This document shows positions 1 through 10,425 of a stretch of 64,000 nt of DNA, one piece after another. The notes below the pieces were generated by a model that searched no databases, had not been told where the DNA came from, and saw only the letters and a program-made list of their open reading frames with translations. The stretch is from Aureliella sp. Lineage in GTDB: Bacteria > Planctomycetota > Planctomycetia > Pirellulales > Pirellulaceae. Within the stretch, counting starts at the first letter, position 1, and every line of letters begins with the position of its first letter. Location of the stretch: assembly GCA_963691875.1 (NCBI GenBank), contig OY829846.1:768001-832000 (forward strand), given 5' to 3'. Both the position numbers and the translations under genes were made by a program.

Positions 1-1275
1 CGTGCCGCAGAATTCTTCTCCAATCTGCAGCAAATGATCGAGACAAGCTATTCCGTCGAATCCCAAATCGCTGCAATGGAAAAAGCAGCCAGAAGTCAGA
101 TCGCCGAGGAAAACTGGGACGCGACCTTAGAATTATTTGCAGGGTTGCAAGAGCAAAACCAAATCAGACGCAAGCGACTCGTCGTTCTTTTGCAGCAAGA
201 GAAAGAACGAGTCGAATCACAGAACTCGGAATCCCAGCCCCAAAATCCAGCTGCTCCCCCAACGAGCGGTGCACAAGATGCCGAAGCTCAGAAGCAGCAG
301 CTCAAGCGGATCGAAATCGCTCTGCAGATCGTGGACGCTCTCGAAGCGGATATGGCCGCGGTCACTACCGGAATCAAGGGAATGCAAGCGGCAGACAGAT
401 CGTCAAATGAGCGCCCCCCTTCGCCAGAAACTACCTTTCAGTCAGCAGAGTCTGTTTTATGGCGCAAGCAATTTCCCCGCCAACCCGTTGACGCCGCAGT
501 TCAGAAATTAGGAGAACTTCGTAGATTATTCTTCACGCTGATAGAACACCTGAAAGACACCGTCGAACGACAAGCAGAGTTGAGTGACGAAACCAATGAA
601 GCTTTACCACGGAAGAGCCCGAGTCACCAGGAGCTGGGGGCAATGCAGAACAGGCAAAGCGAACTCCAAGATATTTCACGGCAGATCGCACAAGAACTAG
701 TCAAGCAGGGTGAGCAGACGAAAGCTAGCACACAGTCTCCCGCCGGATCGGCAACGGGAGATCCACAAGACGCTGTTCCTGATCCGCAGCAATTGCTCGA
801 TCAGGCCGAAAATATGGTGGAGGCAGCCAGACTGGTAGAGGAGGGCGCAAACCTGATGAAAACGGCTAAAGAGCAGATCCAGGACTTCATAAAGATCGAA
901 ACAGAGCCAGCCCAGAACCCCGCAATCAAACAGTCAGATCCTCCAGAGCAATTTGATGATAGCAAGGGAATAGCCAAATCAGCCAAAGAAATCTCTGACT
1001 CTCAGACTCAAGCGTTGCAAAAGCTGGTCGAAGCCCTGGAATTGCTCGATCAGCAACAAGACCAGGACGATCAACAGCAAGGCCAGCAACAGAATGAAAA
1101 TGATCAGCAACAAGATCAACAGGAGCAACAGCAGAATCAATCTCAGCCACAACAGCAGCAGCAAATGAATGCCGAGCAAATGTTGCAAGCCATTCGGGAT
1201 CGCGAAGCCCAGCGCAGAGAAGATAAGAATCGCAGGGCTGTGTTATCCAGCGGAGCAGTGGAGAAAGACTGGTAG
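1..1275 (+). CDS. Bat-operon protein (BatC-like, coiled-coil, Q-rich C-terminus); 5' truncated by window edge
   Basis: Frame open from base 1. Q/D/N-rich linker then 'AEQMLQAIRDRE...VEKDW', an ending typical of BatB/BatC-type proteins. Lies directly upstream of batD- and batE-like genes. Confidence 0.6.
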   Translation, partial: RAAEFFSNLQQMIETSYSVESQIAAMEKAARSQIAEENWDATLELFAGLQEQNQIRRKRLVVLLQQEKERVESQNSESQPQNPAAPPTSGAQDAEAQKQQLKRIEIALQIVDALEADMAAVTTGIKGMQAADRSSNERPPSPETTFQSAESVLWRKQFPRQPVDAAVQKLGELRRLFFTLIEHLKDTVERQAELSDETNEALPRKSPSHQELGAMQNRQSELQDISRQIAQELVKQGEQTKASTQSPAGSATGDPQDAVPDPQQLLDQAENMVEAARLVEEGANLMKTAKEQIQDFIKIETEPAQNPAIKQSDPPEQFDDSKGIAKSAKEISDSQTQALQKLVEALELLDQQQDQDDQQQGQQQNENDQQQDQQEQQQNQSQPQQQQQMNAEQMLQAIRDREAQRREDKNRRAVLSSGAVEKDW

Positions 1276-1276
1276 G

Positions 1277-3067
1277 ATGAGAGCTTCTGTTCATTGCATT
1301 CTGGTTCTGTGCGTCGCGGGGCTTTGCTGCCTGACGAGCAAGCAAGCCGCGGACGCCCAAACTGTTCGGGTTACCGCGGATACCGAATCGACGCATTTTG
1401 TGGGAGTTCCGTTGTCGTTCGAAATCGTTATTTCGGATGTCAGCATGTTCGCTGACGCCAACTGCGAGTTCCGCGGCAAGGCATCGAGTGACATCACAGT
1501 TCGCCAGGGACGAGTCTCGAAGCAGTCTTTCAATGGCGTGGGCTCGATTCGTTACGGATTCGAATGCATTAGCGCCAAGCAGGGCAAAGTCGAGGTCGGC
1601 CCCTTCAAGGTCTCGGTTGGTGATCAAGAGGTGGAGATCAAGCCAATCGTTTTCGAGTTTGGAGAAGTGCCTGCCGATCCGAACATGACCCTAAGTCTAA
1701 AGCTGCCCAATTCAAGAATCTATGTTGGCCAACGCGTTCCGCTTGAAGTTGAGTGGGCGATTTACGGCGAATCCAACAACGAAGTCAACCATGCCTTTAA
1801 TCGCCTAGAGATTCGCTCCAGATTCTTCGACATGTTTGAATTCACCGATACACCACGCACCAGAAGGGACCAGCTAACGTTAAGGATCGCTACGAAACGA
1901 GGGGCTGCTGAACTTGTCGCTGATCAGAAAATTGAGGAGCGAAACGGGAAGAACTTTCTCGTCGTCACCGCAAAACGCTCCTTCACTCCCGACAAAAGCG
2001 GAGTATTCGAGGACATTCAGCTCTTCTGCAACTCACAGAGAGCGACTCAGTTCCGCAACGCGGGCTTTGCATTTTCCTCTCGCTATGAACCGGTTAATCC
2101 CAAGCCGATATCAGCAGCATCTTCTCCCCTGCTGCTCGAGGTCTTGCCGATTCCCACTGCGAGACGTCCCGCTGGCTTTGGCGGGGCTGTCGGCGAATCT
2201 TTCGCAATACAAGCTGCCACCAATCGGTCAATCGTGCGAGTCGGTGATCCCATCTCTTTGGACCTAACGGTGTCAGGTGTCGGCAATCTGACTGAGGTTT
2301 CGATTCCATTAACGGGCGAAAGTGCCATTCTTGATCGCGAATATTTTGACGTCCCCAACGAGCCACCAACCGGGAATTTGGCCGCCGGAACTAAGCAGTT
2401 CAAGATTCCTATTCGTGTGACGGACGAATCCATCACGGAGATTCCGCCCATTCCCTTGTCTTGGTTCAACCCAGTCAAGGAAGAGTTTGAAACGATCTAC
2501 ACCAAACCAATCGCGTTGCAGGTCAAAGAAGCTCAAATGCTCGATAACTCGGCCATCGTTTCCACTCAGCCAACAACTCCCGAAGAGCGGCCGCAAGCGG
2601 ATGAGAAAACAAAGAAGTCCAGAAACGCGGTACAACTCAATGCAGCAAATCTTGCCATTCAGACGGACCCGACGTTATTGCTGGCTGCATCAGGGGTCTT
2701 CCATTTCAGAACGCTTCATTGGGTGTTTTACGGAGCATCGATAGCACTCATATTGACCGCTTTTGTCTATCGGAAAATGGGGACGAAGGATCCGGAGCGA
2801 TCGCAAAGCAAGAGTTTGAGCCGCCAGACACAAGCTCAAATCGATTCGGCATTGTCCGCAGAGCCTGCACAAGGACTGTCCGATATTGCAGAGGCACTTC
2901 GAAAATGGATAGCAGAAAATCCAGAAGGCCCTCGAGATTCGCTTGAGCAATTGATATCACAGTGCGAAGAGTTACGATTTGCCAGCGCCGCGATTGATTC
3001 CTCGCGGGTGAACGCCATAGCGAGTGAAGCCAAGGAGTCGATTCGATCGCTGGAGGCGAGAAGGTGA
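1277..3067 (+). CDS. batD: BatD-family protein (oxygen tolerance), signal peptide and C-terminal TM segment
   Basis: ATG 1 nt after the upstream stop. Motifs 'FGGAVG.SF', 'VRVGDPISLDLTVSGVGNL' and 'IPPIPLSWFNP..EEFET' are characteristic of BatD repeats. Confidence 0.8.
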   Translation: MRASVHCILVLCVAGLCCLTSKQAADAQTVRVTADTESTHFVGVPLSFEIVISDVSMFADANCEFRGKASSDITVRQGRVSKQSFNGVGSIRYGFECISAKQGKVEVGPFKVSVGDQEVEIKPIVFEFGEVPADPNMTLSLKLPNSRIYVGQRVPLEVEWAIYGESNNEVNHAFNRLEIRSRFFDMFEFTDTPRTRRDQLTLRIATKRGAAELVADQKIEERNGKNFLVVTAKRSFTPDKSGVFEDIQLFCNSQRATQFRNAGFAFSSRYEPVNPKPISAASSPLLLEVLPIPTARRPAGFGGAVGESFAIQAATNRSIVRVGDPISLDLTVSGVGNLTEVSIPLTGESAILDREYFDVPNEPPTGNLAAGTKQFKIPIRVTDESITEIPPIPLSWFNPVKEEFETIYTKPIALQVKEAQMLDNSAIVSTQPTTPEERPQADEKTKKSRNAVQLNAANLAIQTDPTLLLAASGVFHFRTLHWVFYGASIALILTAFVYRKMGTKDPERSQSKSLSRQTQAQIDSALSAEPAQGLSDIAEALRKWIAENPEGPRDSLEQLISQCEELRFASAAIDSSRVNAIASEAKESIRSLEARR

Positions 3068-3137
3068 GCGAGTTCGAACGGACCGAGGCTTTTCAAATCA
3101 AGACATCTGCTCAACATTCCGGTGGGGGCCTCGAATC

Positions 3138-3965
3138 ATGATGGCATTTCGGCGAAGCTCGCTACAGGTGTTCTGTCTTCTGACTGTATCCCTTCCGATT
3201 CCGCTCTCAGCCGCATACGCTGAATCGGATGCCGAGGCGATGTTGGCACGCGCGATTAATGATTACTCTTTGGCTATGGAAGAAACTGCACGTGACCAGC
3301 AGCTCTCGGCCTTTGCAAAATCCGAACAGCTTTTCCGACAAGTCGCCGAGGCTCTACAGGCCGAAGGGCGGGAGCCCAACGCAGAACTGCTTATCAACTT
3401 AGGAAATTCAGCCCTCCAAGCAGAGCATCTCGGCGTGTCGATCCTTAACTATCGCCGGGCTTTGATTCATTCGCCGGACAGTACCCAAGCTAGACAGAAC
3501 CTGGCCTTTGCTCGAACCCAAGTTGAAGACTGGGCTCAGTACAATGCCGAAGATCCCCTGATTGACACGCTGTTTTTTTGGCGGCAGAGGTTCTCTCGCA
3601 GCTCCATTCTTGGTGTGGCGGCGTTGAGTTTCCTCCTAGCGTCACTGCTTATTGCGACATCCATTGCTTTCCGCCTTAGTTTGCTCCGCAATCTTGCTTT
3701 GTTACCGGTCATCATCTGGGGAATTCTACTGTTATCGCTTATCGGCAATCGCGAGAGCCGAAGCGACGGAGTGATCATTGCTGGTGAAGTTGTTCTAAGG
3801 TCTGCAAACAGCAGCAATGCTCAAGAAGTCCTTTCCCAGCCGCTTCCGGATGGCACAGAAGTGCAAATCTCAGAACGACGCGAAGGCTGGGTTGAAGTTC
3901 TTGTGGCCGGAAGAAGTGGCTGGGTTCAAGCGAGGGAAGTCGCAGTCGTCAATCCTTCCATGTAG
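3138..3965 (+). CDS. BatE-like TPR + SH3b membrane protein
   Basis: TPR 'NLGNSALQAEHLGVSILNYRRAL...ARQNLAFAR', two TM helices, C-terminal SH3b-like 'LPDGTEVQISERREGWVEV...SGWV'. Start codon uncertain. Confidence 0.75.
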   Translation: MMAFRRSSLQVFCLLTVSLPIPLSAAYAESDAEAMLARAINDYSLAMEETARDQQLSAFAKSEQLFRQVAEALQAEGREPNAELLINLGNSALQAEHLGVSILNYRRALIHSPDSTQARQNLAFARTQVEDWAQYNAEDPLIDTLFFWRQRFSRSSILGVAALSFLLASLLIATSIAFRLSLLRNLALLPVIIWGILLLSLIGNRESRSDGVIIAGEVVLRSANSSNAQEVLSQPLPDGTEVQISERREGWVEVLVAGRSGWVQAREVAVVNPSM

Positions 3966-3990
3966 TACTTTCATCCAAACCATCTCGACA

Positions 3991-5451
3991 TCACTTCTTC
4001 CTACGGCTGCCGTCATTGTTCGGATCCCAATTCGGATTTGGCGACGGAAGCTGTGCTGCGATTCGCTCTCGCCAAGACTTGAGTTTGGCATAAAGAGAAG
4101 CGGTCTTCTCTGGCAGTTCTCGGCTGAGATCCTTATTCTCCCCAATGTCGACCGAAAGATCATAGAGCCTTAAGCTGTCGTCTTCGAAGAACTCAATCAG
4201 TCGGAAGCTCCCACAACGTATGGCCGAGTACGGGCCATCACCACCTGCGTGGTAATGCGGGTAGTGCCAGTACAAGTCTCGGTCAAACTCGTGCTCTGGG
4301 TTTCTGAAAACCGGTAGCAGATTGACGCCATCTACGTTTACATTGTGTTTCTCGTTGCCGCGTGCCCCCGCCAGAGCCAGCAGAGTCGGATAGTAATCGA
4401 TCGTCATGATTGCTGTATCGGACTGGGCACCGGCTGGCAGATTGCTGGGCCACTTCACAATAGCTGGAACACGCACACCTCCTTCATATGCCGAGCCTTT
4501 ACCGCGCCGCAACGGCAAGTTCTCGGTGAAGTTATCATGGACTCCGTAACGCTGCGTAAGACCACCATTGTCGGAAGTAAAGATAACAATCGTATTCTCT
4601 TCAATGCCGCTGCTTTTCAAAGCATCTAGGACACGCCCCACACTTTGATCGAGACTGGCCACCATCGCGGCATAGGTTGGGTTACGATGGATAGCTTTTG
4701 CGTCTACTTTCGCACGAAATTTTTCGACGAGATCTTGTCGTCCTTGAATCGGTGTGTGTGGAGTGTGGTAGGCGAAGTAAAGAAAGAATGGCTCGCCAGA
4801 ATCTGCCGACTTTGCAATGTACTCACAAGCTTGATCCGTTAGCCAATCCGTCACATAACCTTCCTGAGCCTTAGCTTTCGCGTTGCCCGAGCGCAGGAAG
4901 TACCCTTTCGTGCCATCCGGTTTTTGAATCGAAAAATCAAATCCCTGACTAAGCGCATCGGTTCCGTCAGGCGTCTTCCGACTTGTTGGAGAGTTTAAAT
5001 GCCATTTTCCAACATGAGCTGTACGATACCCAGCTTCCTTTAAAGCTTCTGCGATGGTCACATGCCTTGATTCAAGTTTTTTGGTCCACTCAGGAATCTT
5101 GAGCTTCGCTCGGGGACGATTCTGTCCCGCGATAAAATCTGTGCATCGAAGCCGGGCGGGATACATGCCGGTCATAATGGACGCGCGTGTTGGTGAGCAA
5201 ACCGTGCAAGCAGCATAAGCACTCGTAAACTTGACGCCGTCGTTTACCATCCGATCCAAATTCGGAGTTTCGTAGAAATCACTGCCGAAACTGCCCGTTC
5301 CTGTCCAACCTAAGTCATCAGCTAATAAAAAAACTATGTTGGGCCTCTGCACTACTTTCGGTTCCGAACGCTCATCGGCATAACAGCTCTGCGAGGACGC
5401 ATTCGGGAGAACAAGAAGCAATAGGACCAAGGTTCGTAGAAATTGGGGCAT
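3991..5451 (-). CDS. Sulfatase (formylglycine-dependent, arylsulfatase A-like), secreted
   Basis: Motifs 'PNIVFLLADDLG', CxPxR 'CSPTRAS', 'GKWHL', 'SDNGG' and 'GKGSAYEGGVRVP'. Signal peptide present. Confidence 0.95.
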   Translation of the reverse strand: MPQFLRTLVLLLLVLPNASSQSCYADERSEPKVVQRPNIVFLLADDLGWTGTGSFGSDFYETPNLDRMVNDGVKFTSAYAACTVCSPTRASIMTGMYPARLRCTDFIAGQNRPRAKLKIPEWTKKLESRHVTIAEALKEAGYRTAHVGKWHLNSPTSRKTPDGTDALSQGFDFSIQKPDGTKGYFLRSGNAKAKAQEGYVTDWLTDQACEYIAKSADSGEPFFLYFAYHTPHTPIQGRQDLVEKFRAKVDAKAIHRNPTYAAMVASLDQSVGRVLDALKSSGIEENTIVIFTSDNGGLTQRYGVHDNFTENLPLRRGKGSAYEGGVRVPAIVKWPSNLPAGAQSDTAIMTIDYYPTLLALAGARGNEKHNVNVDGVNLLPVFRNPEHEFDRDLYWHYPHYHAGGDGPYSAIRCGSFRLIEFFEDDSLRLYDLSVDIGENKDLSRELPEKTASLYAKLKSWRERIAAQLPSPNPNWDPNNDGSRRKK

Positions 5452-5624
5452 TAAGGCTCTCTCACCATTCAAGGGCGCGAATCCGACTAACTCAATTCTT
5501 GACCCACGACGACCTATTGTCGCTGGCTTGTGCGGGTTTCAGTCGAGTATACTGGAGCGTCGAAATGGCTGGAGTCGCCAGACGCCATTTTCTCTTAGCT
5601 CGCCGCACATCGATATGGAATCGC

Positions 5625-8600
5625 ATGAGACGATTAACGAACCGAACAGTCTTGGCAGTTTGCTTTCTACTTCTTGCATGCCTTAGCGTCAGGTCCTCAA
5701 GTGGCCAAGGGACATTTGTCGAGCAATTGCTGTCCACTCAACCAGTCGATCTCGTTAATCAGGTTCGTGCAAACGGCGACGCGAAACGTGGTGCGATTTT
5801 GTTCCACCAGCCGCATCTTCAATGCTCGAAATGTCACGCCGTCGATGCAAATGCTTCTCCACTAGGTCCAAATCTGGCGAAGTGGAAAGAGCAGCCGACC
5901 CCCCAATATCTGCTGAATTCCATCCTGAAGCCTTCCGAGACCATTCGAGAAGGTTACGCGACGGTTTCCGTACTAACGGAAGACGACCAAGTCGTAACGG
6001 GTATCTCGGTTTCCAAAGACGAGAAGTTTATCGAACTTCGCGACCCGGCGGAGCCAGAGCGCATACAGCAGTTTGAGCGTGATTCACTTCAAGCTGTTTC
6101 TCAGCCGAAAAAGTCCGTGATGCCGGCAGGGCTCATTGCGCAGCTGGCTGGCAAAGAGCAATTCTATGACCTCGCGAAGTATGTATTGGAAATCGCAGAA
6201 TTGGGAGCAGAGCGTGCTGCAGAGCTGCAACCGCCGGCCAACATGACTCAGCTCCCACCTTTGCCTGAGTATGAAGATCGGATCGCCCATGCACAAATGC
6301 TTAGCAGCTTGGACAAAGAGTCCTTCAAACGCGGGGAGAAGATCTACAATCGAGTGTGTGCGAATTGCCACGGAACCCAAGAACGAGAAGGCTCCTTGCC
6401 AACATCGCCCAGGTTCGCGTCGGTCAAGAAACTGAAGAACGGGCATGATCCGTTCCGAATGTATCAAACCTTGACACATGGCCACGGCCTCATGGTAGCT
6501 CAGCGTTGGATGGTGCCTCAGCAAAAGTACGATGTAATCCACTACATACGCGAAGACTATTTCAAGAATAAGAACCAGGATCTCTACAGTGAACTAAGTG
6601 ACGCGTTTCTCGCCGGACTCCCCAAGGGTGATACAACTGGACCCGAACCGGTGCGATTCGATCCCTACGTCGCAATGGATTACGGCCCATCGCTCGTCAA
6701 TACCTATGAAATCCAGCTGAACAATAATGGAGACCGAGTCGGACGAGACCTCGGACGAGGCCCACGAAGCAATGATCCTTGGGCGAATCCTGACAACTAC
6801 TTCGCGCCGGGTGAAGCTCCAAACTACGCATACAAAGGAATCGCAGTCCGATTAGATTCCGGTGCCGGCGGTGTCTCGCGTGGTCACTACTGGATGGTTT
6901 ACGATCATGACACAATGAGCATGAATGCAGCCTGGAGCGGTGATTCATTCATCGACTACTGCTGCATTCAGTTTGATGGGCAGCACAATACTCACAACCG
7001 GCTCACAGGCGAGATCCATATTGAGAATCCTGTAGGCCCTGGATGGGGCCAGCCTTTGACAGGTGTCTTTCAAGACCCGAGACCTGTCGGCCGTGATGGT
7101 CGAGCCTACGGTCCGCTCCCCTCTGCTTGGTACAAGTATCACGGGCTCTATCACCACGGCTTGAAGACGATCCTCAGTTACCGAGTTGGCAATGCGGAAG
7201 TGCTCGAGCTTCCAACGGTGATTGAGACGGATGAGCCCATCTTCGTTCGACACTTGAACATTGGTCCTGCGGAACATCAACTGCGTTTGCGACTCGGGCC
7301 TGCCGGAACTCAAGCCAAGATTAACGGCAGCAATCTTGCAAGTATCGAAGAACAAGCCGGCTTTGCGGTTATGGTCTTGCAGCGACATGATTCCACCCTT
7401 CGACTCCAAGTTCTGTTGAGCGACGGTGATATCGATGATTCCATTGAGATCCCAGAAGTCGGAGACCTCACTGATTACACCAAGGGCAGCCGAGCGCGTT
7501 GGCCCGAACGAGTGAAGACCTCGATCAAGACAGTGCACGACGACGTGTTCGCGGTCGACGAGCTGACCTTGCCGAGCTCGAATCCTTGGAACGCCCAAGT
7601 CCGCGCCACAGGTTTGGACTTCTTCGCCGATGGCAAGCGGATGGCACTTTGCACTTGGGATGGCGACGTCTGGCTAATCAACGGCGCCTCGGAAGAAAGC
7701 GGCGAGTTGGAGTGGCAGCGAATTGCGACGGGCATGTTCCAGCCTCTGGGACTCAAGATCGTTGACGAGCAGATTTTTGTGACTTGTCGAGACCAATTGG
7801 TTCGCCTGCATGATCTGAACGGCGACAACGAAACGGACTTCTATGAGAACTTCAACAGTGATCACCAAGTCACTGAGCATTTCCATGAATTCGCGATGGG
7901 CTTGCAGGCGGACGATAGTGGCAACTTCTATTACGCCAAAAGCGGTCGCCACGCCAAGCGAGCAGTGGTGCCTCACCACGGCACTTTGCTTCGCGTTGCA
8001 TCTGACGGCAGTCGCACGGACATCATCGCCACCGGATTCCGTGCCGCCAATGGCGTGTGCATGAACCCTGACGGTTCTTTCTTTGTGACTGACCAGGAAG
8101 GGCACTGGAACCCAAAGAACCGAATCAACTGGGTGACCGAAGGTGGATTCTACGGCAATATGTATAGCTTCACCGATGTAGTCGATTCCTCCGACTCAGC
8201 GATGCAGCAACCATTGTGCTGGATTACCAATGCTTTCGATCGTTCTCCTGCAGAATTACTCTGGGTGCCAGAGAACGCTTGGGGCGAGCTTGGGGGAAGT
8301 CTTCTCAACCTATCGTACGGTTACGGAAAGATCTTTGTCGTCCCTCACGAATCGGTCAATGGACAGCTGCAGGGTGGTATGTGCCAGTTGCCGATCCCTG
8401 ACTTTCCATCTGGATTGGTTCGAGGGCGTTTCCATCCGGAACGTGGCGATCTCTATGCTTGTGGAATGTTCTCTTGGGCAGGTAGCCGACAAGCCCCCGG
8501 CTGTTTCCACCGGGTTCGTTACACGGGTAGGCAAGCTAACCTGCCGCTAGAACTGAATGCGAGGCCCTCCGAGTTTGCAGTCCGATTCACCAACACAATT

Positions 8601-8879
8601 GACGCTGCTACAGTGAAAGACACTTCTCGCTATAAAGTCAGAGCTTGGGATCTGAAACGCACGCCAAACTACGGCTCGAAGCATTTCAATGAACGCGAAC
8701 TCAGGGTCACTTCCGCAAGTCTGGACGCCGACGGAAAGACGGTTCTGCTTGCGATTCCCGACCTAGCACCTACGTGGGGAATGTCAGTCGAGTACCGCTT
8801 GAAATCGAAAGACGGAAAGGAATTCCGCGGACTCATACACAATTCCATTCATAACCTCACCGACACAGCGAAAGACTAG
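5625..8879 (+). CDS. PVC-type multi-domain c-type cytochrome / putative heme-binding protein (DUF6797-like, beta-propeller C-terminus)
   Basis: Two CxxCH motifs (CSKCH, CANCH), the 'GPNL...SILKPS' heme-binding domain and a propeller region ('DLNGDNETDFYE', 'ATGFRAANG'). Signal peptide present. Confidence 0.85.
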   Translation: MRRLTNRTVLAVCFLLLACLSVRSSSGQGTFVEQLLSTQPVDLVNQVRANGDAKRGAILFHQPHLQCSKCHAVDANASPLGPNLAKWKEQPTPQYLLNSILKPSETIREGYATVSVLTEDDQVVTGISVSKDEKFIELRDPAEPERIQQFERDSLQAVSQPKKSVMPAGLIAQLAGKEQFYDLAKYVLEIAELGAERAAELQPPANMTQLPPLPEYEDRIAHAQMLSSLDKESFKRGEKIYNRVCANCHGTQEREGSLPTSPRFASVKKLKNGHDPFRMYQTLTHGHGLMVAQRWMVPQQKYDVIHYIREDYFKNKNQDLYSELSDAFLAGLPKGDTTGPEPVRFDPYVAMDYGPSLVNTYEIQLNNNGDRVGRDLGRGPRSNDPWANPDNYFAPGEAPNYAYKGIAVRLDSGAGGVSRGHYWMVYDHDTMSMNAAWSGDSFIDYCCIQFDGQHNTHNRLTGEIHIENPVGPGWGQPLTGVFQDPRPVGRDGRAYGPLPSAWYKYHGLYHHGLKTILSYRVGNAEVLELPTVIETDEPIFVRHLNIGPAEHQLRLRLGPAGTQAKINGSNLASIEEQAGFAVMVLQRHDSTLRLQVLLSDGDIDDSIEIPEVGDLTDYTKGSRARWPERVKTSIKTVHDDVFAVDELTLPSSNPWNAQVRATGLDFFADGKRMALCTWDGDVWLINGASEESGELEWQRIATGMFQPLGLKIVDEQIFVTCRDQLVRLHDLNGDNETDFYENFNSDHQVTEHFHEFAMGLQADDSGNFYYAKSGRHAKRAVVPHHGTLLRVASDGSRTDIIATGFRAANGVCMNPDGSFFVTDQEGHWNPKNRINWVTEGGFYGNMYSFTDVVDSSDSAMQQPLCWITNAFDRSPAELLWVPENAWGELGGSLLNLSYGYGKIFVVPHESVNGQLQGGMCQLPIPDFPSGLVRGRFHPERGDLYACGMFSWAGSRQAPGCFHRVRYTGRQANLPLELNARPSEFAVRFTNTIDAATVKDTSRYKVRAWDLKRTPNYGSKHFNERELRVTSASLDADGKTVLLAIPDLAPTWGMSVEYRLKSKDGKEFRGLIHNSIHNLTDTAKD

Positions 8880-9130
8880 GCGAACCCGATCGATTTTCAG
8901 CTATGCTGCGCGAGCAATCATTGGCTGTGAGTAACTTCGCCAAACGGACCGCAGCTGTCTGCTGGGTCGCGCCCGCGTTGCTGGAAGTGGAGACGGGCTT
9001 CAGGAAGATTCACGACCACGGGCTTGACGCACTTAACGCCCCTTTCTCAGCTGTACAATCCCTTGTTTCAGAGCCGAGCTCGCCGGTTGACGCTTACCCA
9101 GTCAGTAGCTCCGGATGAACCAATATCCCC
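8880..9130 (+). pseudogene. IS256-family transposase C-terminal remnant
   Basis: 'NPI' then a frameshift to 'FSAMLREQ...WVAPALLEVETGFRKIH'. This resembles the IS256 transposase end (TNPIES.FS..R...WVA.ALLE.E.GFR.I). No N-terminal part is present. Confidence 0.55.
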
Positions 9131-9227
9131 ACCGTAATAGATCTTATGAATGCGAGACACACTCAATCCGCGGTTGCCACGAGTGCCCTGTTTATCGGCT
9201 TCGCGCGACTGCGCACATCTAATTCAA

Positions 9228-10250
9228 TCATTCAGTAGGATGGCGGCGGAGGTTGTATAGCCCTTGCAGCACCACCGAAACTGGAAGAATAGCCATTAGC
9301 AAAGCGGTAACTTCAATGAGTCTGTCCGAGCTTTGAAAACGCCTTCGGTTTTCCTTTAACTCAGCTGCTTGATTCCTCAAAGCCGTCTTCAGTCTAGGTA
9401 CCTTCTTGTCCTTCGCAGTAGCCAAACTTTGTCGCGCTCGGTCCAATGACGTTATCGCGGAACGCAGGCTTGGCTTCAATTCTTGCTTCACAGCATTACG
9501 CACATCGCCCAACAACGCACCGGTTTCCTGCAAAGCCTCTGAGGCCTCCCTAAGTTCAAGCGAAAGCTGATCGAGCAGTTCCTTTTCCGATTCAAGTACT
9601 ATCTTGTTCTTCCAGTCCACGAACTCGGGGATGGGGACACTCTCTGAACGAAAATTGGCCTGAATTAACGCAGGCACTTCGACCATTTTTTTCGATCTCC
9701 CAATTTGCAGAGTTGGAATATCCAACTCTACTCTCGTTAAGCCCAGATCAAGCTTCTTCTTACTGGAGCCAAGCTTTGCCGTTGGATATGGAATCTCGAC
9801 ACTTTGTTTCTTTAGGTCCCAGGTTGGAATCTTGAACTCAAACTCCCTTTGCTTCATATCAATGCTGGGAATCTCAAGCGGCAGCAGCTTGGATACCCGC
9901 GCGACAACTTGACTCCCCTCACGCCCGACTTTTGCAAAGCCTTGGGCAGACGATTGCCAGCGTTGCATCGAAGATGCCAACTGATCGGCAATACCTTGCC
10001 CTGCAACGAGTGTAGAACGATGGCGCTCGAGACTCAAATCGATCTGGTCCATCGCACCTTGCCAATCATGCAACAGATCTTTGCCCTCTGACAGTTGCGT
10101 TTGGGACTCTGAGGCTAAACGATCCAGTCCCAGAATGGATTCTCGCAGCTTGGGAGCAAGGTAGACATAACCAACGACAACAGCAACAGGGCCGATAGCA
10201 CCCGTCGTAATCTGCAACAGCGCAATGGAAGAGTATCTTGTCATGAACAT
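9228..10250 (-). CDS. Hypothetical membrane protein with terminal hydrophobic helices, coiled coils and a central beta-rich segment
   Basis: 340-aa ORF with hydrophobic N- and C-terminal segments and heptad-like flanks. Confidence 0.7.
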   Translation of the reverse strand: MFMTRYSSIALLQITTGAIGPVAVVVGYVYLAPKLRESILGLDRLASESQTQLSEGKDLLHDWQGAMDQIDLSLERHRSTLVAGQGIADQLASSMQRWQSSAQGFAKVGREGSQVVARVSKLLPLEIPSIDMKQREFEFKIPTWDLKKQSVEIPYPTAKLGSSKKKLDLGLTRVELDIPTLQIGRSKKMVEVPALIQANFRSESVPIPEFVDWKNKIVLESEKELLDQLSLELREASEALQETGALLGDVRNAVKQELKPSLRSAITSLDRARQSLATAKDKKVPRLKTALRNQAAELKENRRRFQSSDRLIEVTALLMAILPVSVVLQGLYNLRRHPTE

Positions 10251-10425
10251 TTCCTGACGTCGATAATAGTGTTGTTCAACGTACGGCCCTCATCCAGAAC
10301 ACGGCAAGAACTAGCCGCACGGCAATAGTTTACGAAGCAGTACCGATGTGCGATTTTCGAACGGTCTGACTTGTGAACAGAAAACCATACAGGTTTTGAA
10401 GCTGTACCGCCAAAACAGGACTGCC

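Noticed and set aside
1050..1170. CAG/CAA-rich repeat resembling an array
   Set aside because: It simply encodes the Q-rich linker of the Bat protein. No CRISPR repeat-spacer structure was seen anywhere in the window.
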